DNA from: Prasinococcaceae sp. CCMP 1430
Lineage: Eukaryota; Plantae; Prasinodermophyta
Length of the DNA: 64,000 bases
Reading direction: 5' to 3'
Assembly (NCBI GenBank): GCA_013416795.1
Contig: RQSC01001018.1
Location: 1,908 to 65,907, forward strand
Of this stretch, positions 22,436 to 32,193 are shown piece by piece; the first letter of the stretch is position 1, and each line of letters opens with the position of its first letter. The notes below the pieces were generated by a model. It did no database searches. It worked only from the letters and a program-made list of their open reading frames with translations, and was not told where the DNA came from. Position numbers and translations under genes: made by a program.

Positions 22436-22769
22436 GCTCGACGTGGACACGCTGCCCGCCAAGGTGCTGTGGGACCTGGACGCGTTCGTCAAGAGCACGA
22501 AGAAGGCCGCCGCGCCCGTGCCCGTGACCGAGGCCGAGAAGGCCGCCGCCAAGCTCGCCGAGACCGAGGCTGCCATCCGCCAAGGGCAGGAGAAGCTCGG
22601 CACGCTCGACAGCCACATCAACTCCATCGACGGCGGCGGCGCTGCCGCCGCCGCCGCCGCCGCACCGCCCGCGGCCCACCGGCGGCGGCTGGGCCGCCCT
22701 CCCTACCCAAAAAAACTAAAAAAAAAAACACGGAAGCGCAGGCGCGAAATCACACCTAATGCCGCATGA
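22436..22769 (+). CDS. C-terminal fragment of an extraterminal (ET/NET) domain protein (BET/GTE-like), truncated at N 22435
   Basis: LDVDTLPAKVLWDLDAFVK resembles the ET-domain C-terminal helix and is followed by a coiled coil. Codon usage is strongly coding-like and starts abruptly after the N. Confidence 0.55.
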
Positions 22770-23544
22770 TGCCTATATTCAGAACGTCACCGGAACACAG
22801 ATGCGCTTCGGCTGACTCTTCCGTTGTTTTGGCTGTTTGTTTGTGTGTGTGTGTGTTGTGTGTTGTGTGTGTGTGTGTGTTTGTTTGTTTTTTTGCGTCG
22901 ATTTTTCCGCCGCCATAAGAGTCCTTCGCACCGCCCAGGCAGCCAGGCGCCGACGCACCCATCAATAAAAATAATAAATAAATAAATAAATAATAAAAGG
23001 ATCTTTTCGGGTGAAAACCCGGGGACGAACGGACGGAGGGCACTTCCGCGAAACATCCGCGCCCACGGAAAACGGGTCTGAATTCGGCTTCGGCGGCGGA
23101 GGCGCCCTCCCCTTTTTTTTTGTTGTCGGTCGCGCGCCGCGCCGCGCCCCGACCGACGCCCTTCGTCGTGACGCGCGCGCCTGCGTTTTGACCTCAACCC
23201 CTTTTTTCCCCCCCGGTGCGCAAAAGGCGCCCGAAAAGAAAAAGATCAAAATCAAAATCGGGGCGGGATTTGGTGCTCTATCCGCGCCGCGCAGATAATA
23301 TTAGGGTACGCTCCGGCATGAAGGGTTCAATATACACATCAAAGCACAAGAAATCATGCGGCGTTTTCTGCGTCGGCGATTCGGGTTTCGGCCGAGGCCG
23401 CGCCCGCTTCATCCGCGCGCGCGCGCGCGCGCGGCCGAACCTGAACCGGCGCCCTCGCCGCGCCGCGAATTCGGCGTGCGATGTGATGTGGAATGGTGAC
23501 CCTAATTGGGGTTTGACCGTAAAGGGGCGCGCGCGCGCGCGTGA

Positions 23545-25326
23545 GCGCGCCACACCGCCCGCGCGCTCGCACCCTCCGCCCGAGCGCCGCTGCGGCGGCG
23601 CGCGCCCGTTGCAGCGGCGGGGGGGAGTAGCGGCGGCCGTGCGGAAGTGCGTCCCCGCAGGACGCTCGTGGGCCAGGGGAGGCGGCGCGTGCGGGGTGCG
23701 AAGGGCGTCCAGCAGGACGCGACGCCCGCTGCGTCCGCGGCGTCGGCGGCCGCGACCACAGAAGCGACCGTCGAGGAGGAGGTCGCCGTGCGCGAGGATG
23801 CGGGGGCGGGGCCCGCCTCGCGGGCTCCTGGCGGAGAGTACGCGCCCAACGTGCCGCATGCGGGCGAGCAGCTGCAGGAGGCCGTGGACACGTACCAATG
23901 GACCAAGCAGTGGTACCCCGTGTGCGTCGTGGCGCACACGGACCCGGGGAAGCCGCACCACATCCAGATCCTTGGGAAGGATGTGGTGTTCTGGCGTGAC
24001 GGCGGTGGCAGCTGGCGCGCGTTCGAGGACCGTTGCCCGCACCGCCTGGCGCCGCTGTCTGAGGGGCGCATCGAGCAGGATGGCACGCTGTTGTGCGCGT
24101 ACCACGCCTGGCGCTTCGATGGCGACGGCAAGTGCGTGGCGCTGCCGCAGGCCAACAACGCCGAGCATGAGCGCGAGCTCTGCTCGAACCAGCGCTCGTG
24201 CGCTCGCTCCTTCCCGACGGCGGAGCACCACGGGCTGCTTTGGGTGTGGGCGGAGTCGGGGCCCGAGGCCTTCATTGAGAGCGCCGTGCTCAACCCGCCG
24301 CGGCTCAGCAAGGAGTACCAGGCCATCGAAGCGGGAGGCAGCAATGGCGGCGGGGGGACGGACTACAAAGTGAACGAGTGGATGCAGCGCGACCTGCCGT
24401 ATGGCTGGGACTCTTTCTTCGAGAACGCCATCGACCCCGCGCACGCGTGCGTGTCGCACCACGGGCTCGTGGGGAGCCGCTACACCGACGCGGTGCCCTT
24501 CCAGTGGGTGCCGCGCCGCCCACAGTCTAAGGCCGACGGCTTCCGCCTGGCGCTCGACCCCGCGCCGCCGCCCTTCAACGTGGCCGGCAAGTACGAGGCC
24601 AGCTGCGAGTACGACTTCCAGCCGCCCGTGCACCTGCGCTTCGACTGGGAGCACCCTCGCGGATACGGCCTCGCCATTCTCCACTACTGCACGCCCACTG
24701 CGCCGGGCAAGTGCAGGCACTTCCAGGCGACGGTGTGCACCGCGGACGCGGGTGGGGACTTCAACGAGCAGCCCCGGTGGTTCCGCCTCAACAAGCTGAG
24801 TTTCCAGCCCGCCTGGTGGTCACACATTGTGAGCCCCACGTTCCTGCACCAGGACCTCGTGCTGCTGCACTCGCAGGAGAAAATCGTCGAGGCTGAGGAG
24901 GACAGCTGGTTCGGCGCGTGCCACATGCCCACGGCCACGGACAAGACAGTGATAATGTTCCGACGCTGGCTGCAGCGCGCGGGTGGCCTGGGCTGGCAGC
25001 TTCCGCCATCTGCGCGCCGACTGCCGCCCATCGAGCGCGACCCCGAGCGTCTCTTCGACACGTGGAACGCACACACCAAGAATTGCGTGCCGTGCCAGCG
25101 CGCGCTGCTCGTGACCCAGGGCATCATGCTCGCGAGCGCCGTGGGCTCCGCGGCGGCCATTGCCGCCGGCGACCTGGCCAACGGGCTGCTGTTGGCTGCC
25201 AATTGCGCGGGCTTCAACATCCTGAGGGACCTGTTTTACAAGTATGAGTTCAGCCACCAGGCGAACGGCGAGGACCTTTGGAATGTGTTCGCCAGGGATG
25301 TCCTGCTCAAGGAGGACGCCGGATGA
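23545..25326 (+). CDS. Rieske non-heme iron oxygenase of the PAO/PTC52/Tic55 family; start codon not found
   Basis: Rieske DRCPHRLAPLSEG...CAYHAWRF, mononuclear-iron ENAIDPAHACVSHHG, C-terminal HTKNCVPCQ (CxxC) and terminal hydrophobic helices. The in-frame upstream stretch is transit-peptide-like. Confidence 0.88.
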   Translation, partial: ARHTARALAPSARAPLRRRAPVAAAGGSSGGRAEVRPRRTLVGQGRRRVRGAKGVQQDATPAASAASAAATTEATVEEEVAVREDAGAGPASRAPGGEYAPNVPHAGEQLQEAVDTYQWTKQWYPVCVVAHTDPGKPHHIQILGKDVVFWRDGGGSWRAFEDRCPHRLAPLSEGRIEQDGTLLCAYHAWRFDGDGKCVALPQANNAEHERELCSNQRSCARSFPTAEHHGLLWVWAESGPEAFIESAVLNPPRLSKEYQAIEAGGSNGGGGTDYKVNEWMQRDLPYGWDSFFENAIDPAHACVSHHGLVGSRYTDAVPFQWVPRRPQSKADGFRLALDPAPPPFNVAGKYEASCEYDFQPPVHLRFDWEHPRGYGLAILHYCTPTAPGKCRHFQATVCTADAGGDFNEQPRWFRLNKLSFQPAWWSHIVSPTFLHQDLVLLHSQEKIVEAEEDSWFGACHMPTATDKTVIMFRRWLQRAGGLGWQLPPSARRLPPIERDPERLFDTWNAHTKNCVPCQRALLVTQGIMLASAVGSAAAIAAGDLANGLLLAANCAGFNILRDLFYKYEFSHQANGEDLWNVFARDVLLKEDAG

Positions 25327-25726
25327 TTGCCGGGCTCCCGAGGCCTCCAACGAGTCCGGGGGGGGGGGCAGGGAAGCGCGACGACGCGGCGGGAGGGGGG
25401 CGCGCCCGCGCGTCGGCCGCGTGTGTGATTTTGACAAGAGGCGGCGATGTCGCCGACCCACGCCGCGCTTGCGGCCCGCGGCGTCCACTGCAGAGAGCGC
25501 CACGAGCCACGCCGACGCATGACACGATCCGCTCGTTGTTGATAAGTGAAGTGTCATGACTGTGTATCAAGACGCCTCCTCGGAGCGCCCGTGCTGCCAT
25601 TGCCTCGTGTGCGAATGTGCCTGATCCAGAATCGCGGAACGGCCGCGTGCGTTATTGTACATAGTGTACAGCTGCGCCCAGAGTATTTCTCGGCCTTGGA
25701 AGCCTCCCCACACCAGAAGTAGCTAG

Positions 25727-27247
25727 CTAGGCCTTCTGGCGTTTCGAGGCCGAGCCATCCTCACCCCCAATCTCGGCCCCGACCTTGCTGTCCACGGCCT
25801 TGGCAACGCCGCTGGCGCCACCGCTTGCAGCGTCGCCACCTCCCTCGCCGTCGCCGCCGCCGTGGCTGTACTTGATGCGGCAGGTCTCCACCTCGTACGC
25901 GCGCTCACTCATCGCTGCGCCCCGCGTGGTTCGACACCCTGGCTTGGCGCACGGCACAGCGACAGCGTGAGCGACGGCGATTGACACAGGCTCTGAGCCC
26001 GCAGCGTTGGCGGCTGGCCGCACGCCCTCGCGCAACTCGATGGAGAGGTCAAGGTGAGCGAGGAAGGGGTCGGCGTCTGTGCCAGGCGAGGCCACGGGCA
26101 CGCGCACGCTCAGTCGCGGTGCGGCGCTCGTGGACGCACGCGCGCCGCCGCGGGCGCGCGCGTGCAACCGCGCGGCGAACGTCGGCGGCGGGCAACGCGC
26201 ACCACCCGCGTTGCGGAGCGTGATCTGCAGGCGCGTGCGCTCGGGTTCCCCTGGCACGTTGACGCCGGAAGCGCCGGCCGGCTCGCCGCATGTCTCCTCG
26301 TCGAAGGCATGCCTCGCCGCGGTCTCCACTACGAATCTATCTACCCTCACGTAGTCAAAGATCTCCATGCCAAGCATGCGCATGACCCTTGACATCACGT
26401 CATCGACCCTTGCTCGTATGACAAGCGCCGCCTTCGAGTCCTTGGGGGTCTTCTGCAGATTGACGATGGCCATCTTCCCACCCTTCCTCACAGCTTTGAG
26501 CGGCAGATTGCACGCTGGCGTTATCTCCATCGAGGTCCCGAGGCACAGCACCAGGTCCGCGTCGCGGCACTCGCGCTCGGAGCGGCGGAGCTCCTTGACG
26601 GGAAGCGCGTCCTCCCAGTCCAGGCAGTTGTCGCGCAGGCGGCCGCCGCACACGGGCCCCGCCAGCTCAAGCAGGTCGTCGTGGCCCTTCGCGCGCGACC
26701 TCGCCCTCTTCTTACGAGCGGTGCACCTCCGACCGGTGAGCTTGAAACCCACAGACTCGACCTCGAAGTCCCTCACGTACTCGGCGCCGCAGTCCTCGCA
26801 TCGCTCGGCAAAGCAGTTGCCGTGCAGCTCGGCGAGCTCGTCGCGCGGGATACCGCTGCGCAGGTGCAGGCAGTCGACGTTTTGCGAGATGGTGTACACG
26901 ACCTTGCCCGCGGCAGCAAGTGTGCGGATGGCCATGTGCGTGAGGCCTGGCCGCGCGAGCTCGAAGGGCAGCGAAGCGGCGGGCGGCGGGAGGCCTTTAC
27001 GCTCACGCGTCCACACGCCGTTCGGGCCGCGAAAGTCGGGCACGCCGCACGACGTGCTGACGCCAGCGCCCGTGAACGCCACCACGCGCCGCGAGGCGGC
27101 GATGAGCTCTGCGAGCGCGCGCGACGCCTCCTCGACCTCGGCCTCCTGGGCGAAGTACTCCGCGGCGCCGAGCTGGCCGCCGTAGTCATCGCGCCGCGAG
27201 AGCCTCGAGGCGTACCCGAGCGACCCGCTGCCGATGCCGGCGCTCAT
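25727..27247 (-). CDS. SRT1: Class IV sirtuin (SIRT6/7, plant SRT1-like)
   Basis: SLGYASRLSRRDDYGGQLG N-terminus, FTGAGVSTSCGVPDFRGPNGVW, SQNVDCLH, ELHGN, LGTSMEITPA, IVNLQKTP. Confidence 0.92.
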   Translation of the reverse strand: MSAGIGSGSLGYASRLSRRDDYGGQLGAAEYFAQEAEVEEASRALAELIAASRRVVAFTGAGVSTSCGVPDFRGPNGVWTRERKGLPPPAASLPFELARPGLTHMAIRTLAAAGKVVYTISQNVDCLHLRSGIPRDELAELHGNCFAERCEDCGAEYVRDFEVESVGFKLTGRRCTARKKRARSRAKGHDDLLELAGPVCGGRLRDNCLDWEDALPVKELRRSERECRDADLVLCLGTSMEITPACNLPLKAVRKGGKMAIVNLQKTPKDSKAALVIRARVDDVMSRVMRMLGMEIFDYVRVDRFVVETAARHAFDEETCGEPAGASGVNVPGEPERTRLQITLRNAGGARCPPPTFAARLHARARGGARASTSAAPRLSVRVPVASPGTDADPFLAHLDLSIELREGVRPAANAAGSEPVSIAVAHAVAVPCAKPGCRTTRGAAMSERAYEVETCRIKYSHGGGDGEGGGDAASGGASGVAKAVDSKVGAEIGGEDGSASKRQKA

Positions 27248-27400
27248 CCCGTGGCGCTGCGCGCGCGCCGCAGCGCGCGGCGCGCGCGGCGGTGAGGCGC
27301 GCGCCCGCGAAGCGCTCCATGCACCCCAAAAGAACGCGCCACAGCGCGCGCGGGGGGCGGGTCTGGTGCGCCCCGCCCCGCGCCACCGCGCCCCGCCCCG

Positions 27401-28183
27401 ATGGCGGCGGCGGCGCGAGGCGAAGATGATAGGGTGGGCGTGAGCATCATCGCCGGTGCGCTCGGCGCGGGCAAGACCACGCTGCTCACGTGGCTGGCGT
27501 TCCGCGCGGCGCCCGCGGTCGCGGAGCGCTGGGTGGCCGTGCTGAACGAGTTCGGGGAGGCCAAGTTCGGCGACGGTGTGAACACCGCCATCACGCCCGC
27601 GGGCGCGGGCGCGGGCGTAGCGGGTGCATTTGAGACTCCAAGGTCAGCGGCGGAGCGTGCCATCCTCAGCGGGCAGGCCGCCATCGACGTCTTGGACCAA
27701 TCGAGCACCGTCGCCGGCGGGTGCGTTTGCTGCACGTCGGCGCCTCTCCTCGAGAGTGTCCTCGCCGGTATTCTGCGCAAGAGCCGCAGGAGGGGGCCAC
27801 GGGTCGACCGCATCCTGCTCGAGCCGTCCTCACTCGCATCGCACGCTGCGCTGCTCGAGGTTTTGCGCGGCCCTCACCTCGGGGCGTTCGTGCGCGCCGA
27901 CGCGGTTGTGTTCGTGGTCGACGCGAGGCCGTTTGCAGATGGCGCGGCAGCGCCGGCGGCGGGCGACGTGTCATGGCTCGCCGTCGCAGTCGCGGAGACA
28001 GCTGCTGCGGCGACAACCATCGTGGGCACGCGTTGCGTCGACGCCGCACAGGCGGAAGCCGCGCTTCCCAGGCTGCGCGCATGGGCCGCCGCGCTGCCGC
28101 CGCTGATGGGCGCCTGCGTGAGCACCTTCGCGAGGTCCTACGGCCGGCCGCGGGCGGGAGCGACTTCGACGCGGCGTGGGTGA
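27401..28183 (+). CDS. COG0523/CobW-family (G3E) GTPase-like protein lacking an evident CobW_C domain
   Basis: IIAGALGAGKTTLL (Walker A), NEFGE, GGCVCC (CxCC metal site), ILLEPSSLA (Walker B-like), VVFVVDA. Confidence 0.85.
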   Translation: MAAAARGEDDRVGVSIIAGALGAGKTTLLTWLAFRAAPAVAERWVAVLNEFGEAKFGDGVNTAITPAGAGAGVAGAFETPRSAAERAILSGQAAIDVLDQSSTVAGGCVCCTSAPLLESVLAGILRKSRRRGPRVDRILLEPSSLASHAALLEVLRGPHLGAFVRADAVVFVVDARPFADGAAAPAAGDVSWLAVAVAETAAAATTIVGTRCVDAAQAEAALPRLRAWAAALPPLMGACVSTFARSYGRPRAGATSTRRG

Positions 28184-28372
28184 GAGAGCCGCACTCGTCG
28201 GAGCCGCAAGGCCCAGCCGCCGCTGCCTGACCCTCGCAGCGCGCCAGGTCGAGGTGCGGCCGCGTGCCGCTCGCGCTGGCAGCTGCGCGACGCGCGTGCT
28301 CGTTCATAATAATATACGTAGTAGTCACAAAATAATATATCTCAAACCCTCGTGCATTGGGCCACGAAGTCG

Positions 28373-31300
28373 TCAGGGCCCGTAGAGGTCATCCGAGTCG
28401 TACGAGGAGACGCTACCGGTTTCGACGTCGCCGCCAGCGTCGGAGCCCGCGTCGGGCTCGCAGTTGTTGCAGCCTCCGCCTGCGCAGCAGCTGTCATCGC
28501 CGAGCTCCAGGTGGGCGCCCGCGCTGGCCAGCAAGTCCGGGGTGCCACTGCACGCGCCGCCCTCACAGCATGCAGGCATCGGGACTGCCTCCGCCGCCTT
28601 GGAGCAAGGGCCGCGCTCACAGCATGCAGGCTTCGGGGCCGCCGCAATCGGCGCGGAGCACGTCCCGCCCGCACAGCAGCCACCGCCAGCGCCCGCACGC
28701 TCCCCGCTCAAGGTCGCATCGCGCCCGGCGAGCACGCGCTTGGAGTGCTTGTTGTTGAGCAACATCATGCCATTTGCGATCACAACCAGCGCCGAGCCCA
28801 TGTCCGCGAGTATGGCCATCCAAAGACCGCTGTACGAGGTCACTGTGGTAATCACCACGCATGTCTTGAATATGCATGCGAAGGCGATGTTCTGCTGGAC
28901 CTTTCTGACGGCCGATTTCCCAAGCGCGACCACGTCCGCCAGCACGCGGAGGTCGTTCGTGAAGAGCGACACGTCCGCGGTCTCCATTGCGACGGCCGTC
29001 CCGGCGACGCCCATTGCGATGCCGACGTCGGCCGCGGCCAGCGCAGGCGCGTCGTTGACACCATCACCCACCATGGCCAGCGTGCCTGGGCGCGATTTGA
29101 AACCGCACCACCGACGTCTACTTTCGAGCTGGAGGTGGAGCTTGAGCTCCTCGACGCGCGCCAGCTTGTCCTCGGGGGTGAGCCCAGCAAACACGTTCTC
29201 GCGCAGCACGCCCACGTCCTCGGCCACAGCGCCTGCGACGCCGGCATTGTCACCGGTGAGCATCGTCACCTCCACGCCACCGCTCGCGAGCGCCGCGCAC
29301 GCTTCTGCGGAACCCATGCGCACAGTGTCGGCACACGCAAAGACTCCGAGCGCGACGCCGTCCAAAGCAACCCAGCTCACAGTGCTGCCGTTTGCCTCCA
29401 GGGCGTCCTGCAGCTGCAGCAGGCCCGCCGCCACTGCAGCAGGCTGTGTGTCCCAGCTGCGCCTCGCGGCGAGTTTGCCGCTGCCAATCTCCACCAGCGA
29501 TGCACCGATGGTGGCGCTGATGCCCTCGCCAGGGATGATTTTGAAATCCTGGGCGTCCGCGCCTCCCGCAGCCGGCGGCCACGCACCGCGCGACCCGAGT
29601 TCCCTCACCACAGCCTTCGCCATCGGATGCGGGCTCTGTACTTCCAGGCGCGCCGCAATCTCGAGTAGAAGCGTCTCGGCGTCATTCGTGCCCGAATGGC
29701 CGGCAAGACAGGATGCCGCGCGACGCATGGCGCCGAGGTCGTGCGCGGCGACCACGCGGGTCACGCTGAAGCTTCCTGATGTGAGCGTGCCGGTCTTGTC
29801 CGTGGCCACCTTTTTGAGGCGACCGAGGGTTTCGAGATGAGCTCCTCCCTTGACCACCACGCCACGGTGCGCGGCTGCCGCCAGCGCGCAGACGGTCACC
29901 ACGGGCGTCGAAAGCACCAGGGCGCACGGGCACGCCACCACCAGCAGTGTGCAGGCCATGTACGCGTACTTTGTGCCCTTCGCCCCAAACATGGGCGGGA
30001 CCACGGCGATGAGCAGAGCAGCGAAGCACACGACAGGCATGTAGTACTTGGCGAACATTTCCACGGCACGTTCCGACTTGGTCCTGCGCGTCTGCGCCTC
30101 ATTCACGAGGCGGGCGAGGCGGTTCACGGCAGAGTCCTCCGACCTGGATGTGGCGGTCACCTCAACGAACGAAGTGATATTCATCGTGCCGGCGAACACC
30201 TGCGAGCCACGGCTCTTTTCGACGGGCTTCGACTCTCCAGTCAGTGTCGCCTCATCCACGGCGGAGGCGCCGGAGGCCACTTCTCCGTCAACGGGAATTT
30301 TGGAGCCCGGGAGCACGGCAAGCACCATCCCCACCTGGATGTCCTTTGCCTCGATCACCTCGCCCGTGCTGGCGAGGGTTGCTTGCTCGGGGGCGAGCTC
30401 AAGCACTGCCTCGATGGCATCGCTCGCCTTGCTGATGGACAGCGCCTCGAGCCACTCCGAAAGGCCGAAGAGCGCAACGACAGCGCCACCTTCGGCGTAC
30501 TCGCCAATTACCATTGCGCCTGCCACCGCGACCGACATGAGCGTGTTGATGTCGAGCACCTTGTTGCGAATGCTGCCGACGGCCTTCTTCAGGATCCCCG
30601 GGATGCCAACGACCGCAGCTGCAACCCCGAGGTACTTGAGCCACTCCACGGCGCTCACGTGGCCAAAGATGGAAACGAGGGTGAGCACGCAGGCCAAGAG
30701 CACATTCCAGGGCGGAATGTTGCGCTTTCTCGTGGCCTTGGAGCGCCGCCCCCCCTCCTTGACGTAGGCCTCCAGGGACGCCGCGTTGAGGGCGTCTACT
30801 ATGTCCGCTGCACTCACCAGCCTCGGCGAGTGCGTCACAAAAGCCGTCTTCGTCGGCACAGACACGGCAACCTCGGTCACGCCTTCCATGGCGTAGAGGA
30901 TATTCTCGATCAGAGGGATCTCAGACGGGCAGCAGATGCCGTTGACGAAGATGCCAAGCCGCGCCGTATCGTCAGGCGGCGCATGGCCGTGCTCACAGCG
31001 GTGCGCGCGCTCGTGGCAGCGCCCGTGACCACCGTGCGTGCGCGCACGCGCGCGCGCATGCTGCCCATTCCCGCGCCTCTCCGCCACCGAGTCCGCGAGC
31101 TCGGAGTATTGTTTGCCCGCCCGCCGATTCAGCTTCACGATTCCGGTGAGGTGCACGTGGTTGTCGGAGCCGATATGGTACAGCCTGTTTCCATAGAGGT
31201 AGTCGTAGCGCCCGCTGTGGGGGACAAGCACTCCGTGCGCGCGCAGCGTCGCTGCGGTGGGCGGCGCCGCGTGTGGCATGTCGTCCAATCCCTCAGCGAC

Positions 31301-31489
31301 CTCGTCGCCGAAGCTGCACTGCTCGAATGCGCCATCCGTGCCCTTGCGGCACATGAGCGTCCCGTTCGCCACGTACGCGGCCCCGCCGCAGTGCTCAACC
31401 TCCACCGGGTTCGAGCACGTCGCCTCGTCGCACAGTGGCGTGTACGTGCAGCGGCCTTCGCACGCTCGCCATGTCTTCTCTCGCGCCAT
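28373..31489 (-). CDS. P1B-2 heavy-metal (Zn/Cd) ATPase, HMA2/3/4-like
   Basis: N-MBD GICCPSE, TGES, CPCALVLS, DKTGTLT, SPHPMA, TGDN, GDGVNDAPAL. Cys-pair C-terminal tail. Intronless. Confidence 0.95.
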   Translation of the reverse strand: MAREKTWRACEGRCTYTPLCDEATCSNPVEVEHCGGAAYVANGTLMCRKGTDGAFEQCSFGDEVAEGLDDMPHAAPPTAATLRAHGVLVPHSGRYDYLYGNRLYHIGSDNHVHLTGIVKLNRRAGKQYSELADSVAERRGNGQHARARARTHGGHGRCHERAHRCEHGHAPPDDTARLGIFVNGICCPSEIPLIENILYAMEGVTEVAVSVPTKTAFVTHSPRLVSAADIVDALNAASLEAYVKEGGRRSKATRKRNIPPWNVLLACVLTLVSIFGHVSAVEWLKYLGVAAAVVGIPGILKKAVGSIRNKVLDINTLMSVAVAGAMVIGEYAEGGAVVALFGLSEWLEALSISKASDAIEAVLELAPEQATLASTGEVIEAKDIQVGMVLAVLPGSKIPVDGEVASGASAVDEATLTGESKPVEKSRGSQVFAGTMNITSFVEVTATSRSEDSAVNRLARLVNEAQTRRTKSERAVEMFAKYYMPVVCFAALLIAVVPPMFGAKGTKYAYMACTLLVVACPCALVLSTPVVTVCALAAAAHRGVVVKGGAHLETLGRLKKVATDKTGTLTSGSFSVTRVVAAHDLGAMRRAASCLAGHSGTNDAETLLLEIAARLEVQSPHPMAKAVVRELGSRGAWPPAAGGADAQDFKIIPGEGISATIGASLVEIGSGKLAARRSWDTQPAAVAAGLLQLQDALEANGSTVSWVALDGVALGVFACADTVRMGSAEACAALASGGVEVTMLTGDNAGVAGAVAEDVGVLRENVFAGLTPEDKLARVEELKLHLQLESRRRWCGFKSRPGTLAMVGDGVNDAPALAAADVGIAMGVAGTAVAMETADVSLFTNDLRVLADVVALGKSAVRKVQQNIAFACIFKTCVVITTVTSYSGLWMAILADMGSALVVIANGMMLLNNKHSKRVLAGRDATLSGERAGAGGGCCAGGTCSAPIAAAPKPACCERGPCSKAAEAVPMPACCEGGACSGTPDLLASAGAHLELGDDSCCAGGGCNNCEPDAGSDAGGDVETGSVSSYDSDDLYGP

Positions 31490-32136
31490 CCTTGGCCCCC
31501 ACGCCCGCCCCTTCTTTCAATCTCAACACCCACCCACTGGGCGTAGGCGCACGCCCCCCACAGCACAAAAGTACGCGCCGGACGCCGGCGCGGCCCGCGG
31601 CGGCGCGCTCCCAGTCCCGCAACGCCTCCTCCTCGAGCGCGCTACCCCCCGCGATGCAACCAAGCCCTCGCACCTCCCACGACGCACCACCCGCCCACGC
31701 CCACGCCCGCGCAACCCCCGCCGCCCAGCGCCCAGCCGCCCAGCGCAAAGCGCCAGCGCGCGCGCGCGGTGTGGCGACCGCGGTACACACCGCTCGTGTG
31801 CTCGCACACAGCCTCATACTGCAATTCAGGATATAGTACATCAATAACGATATATAATTTCCCCACGGGATATCTCAATACCGGTACCAGTCAAAAAAAA
31901 AAAAAAAGACACGGAGCCTGCATCGCACTGCACCCCTCGACCGCATTTTTTTCCCGTTTTTTTTTTTTTTTTTTCTCGCCGCGCGCGAGCAGCGCGCCAT
32001 ATCATATCATGTCGTGCGCGGGAATCGGAATCGGAATCCGCGGGGCGGCGCGCTCGAAACCGCAACGCCGTCGCGTTGAGGTGCGTTTAGACCACCTTCT
32101 GGATTGAATTCGGATGCGTTAGATTGCGTTTTCCGT

Positions 32137-32137
<1 letters not shown>

Positions 32138-32191
<54 letters not shown>
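32138..32191 (+). repeat. Poly(T) tract of about 54 nt
   Basis: Directly visible; abuts NDUFS6 coding sequence. Confidence 0.95.
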
Positions 32192-32193
<2 letters not shown>

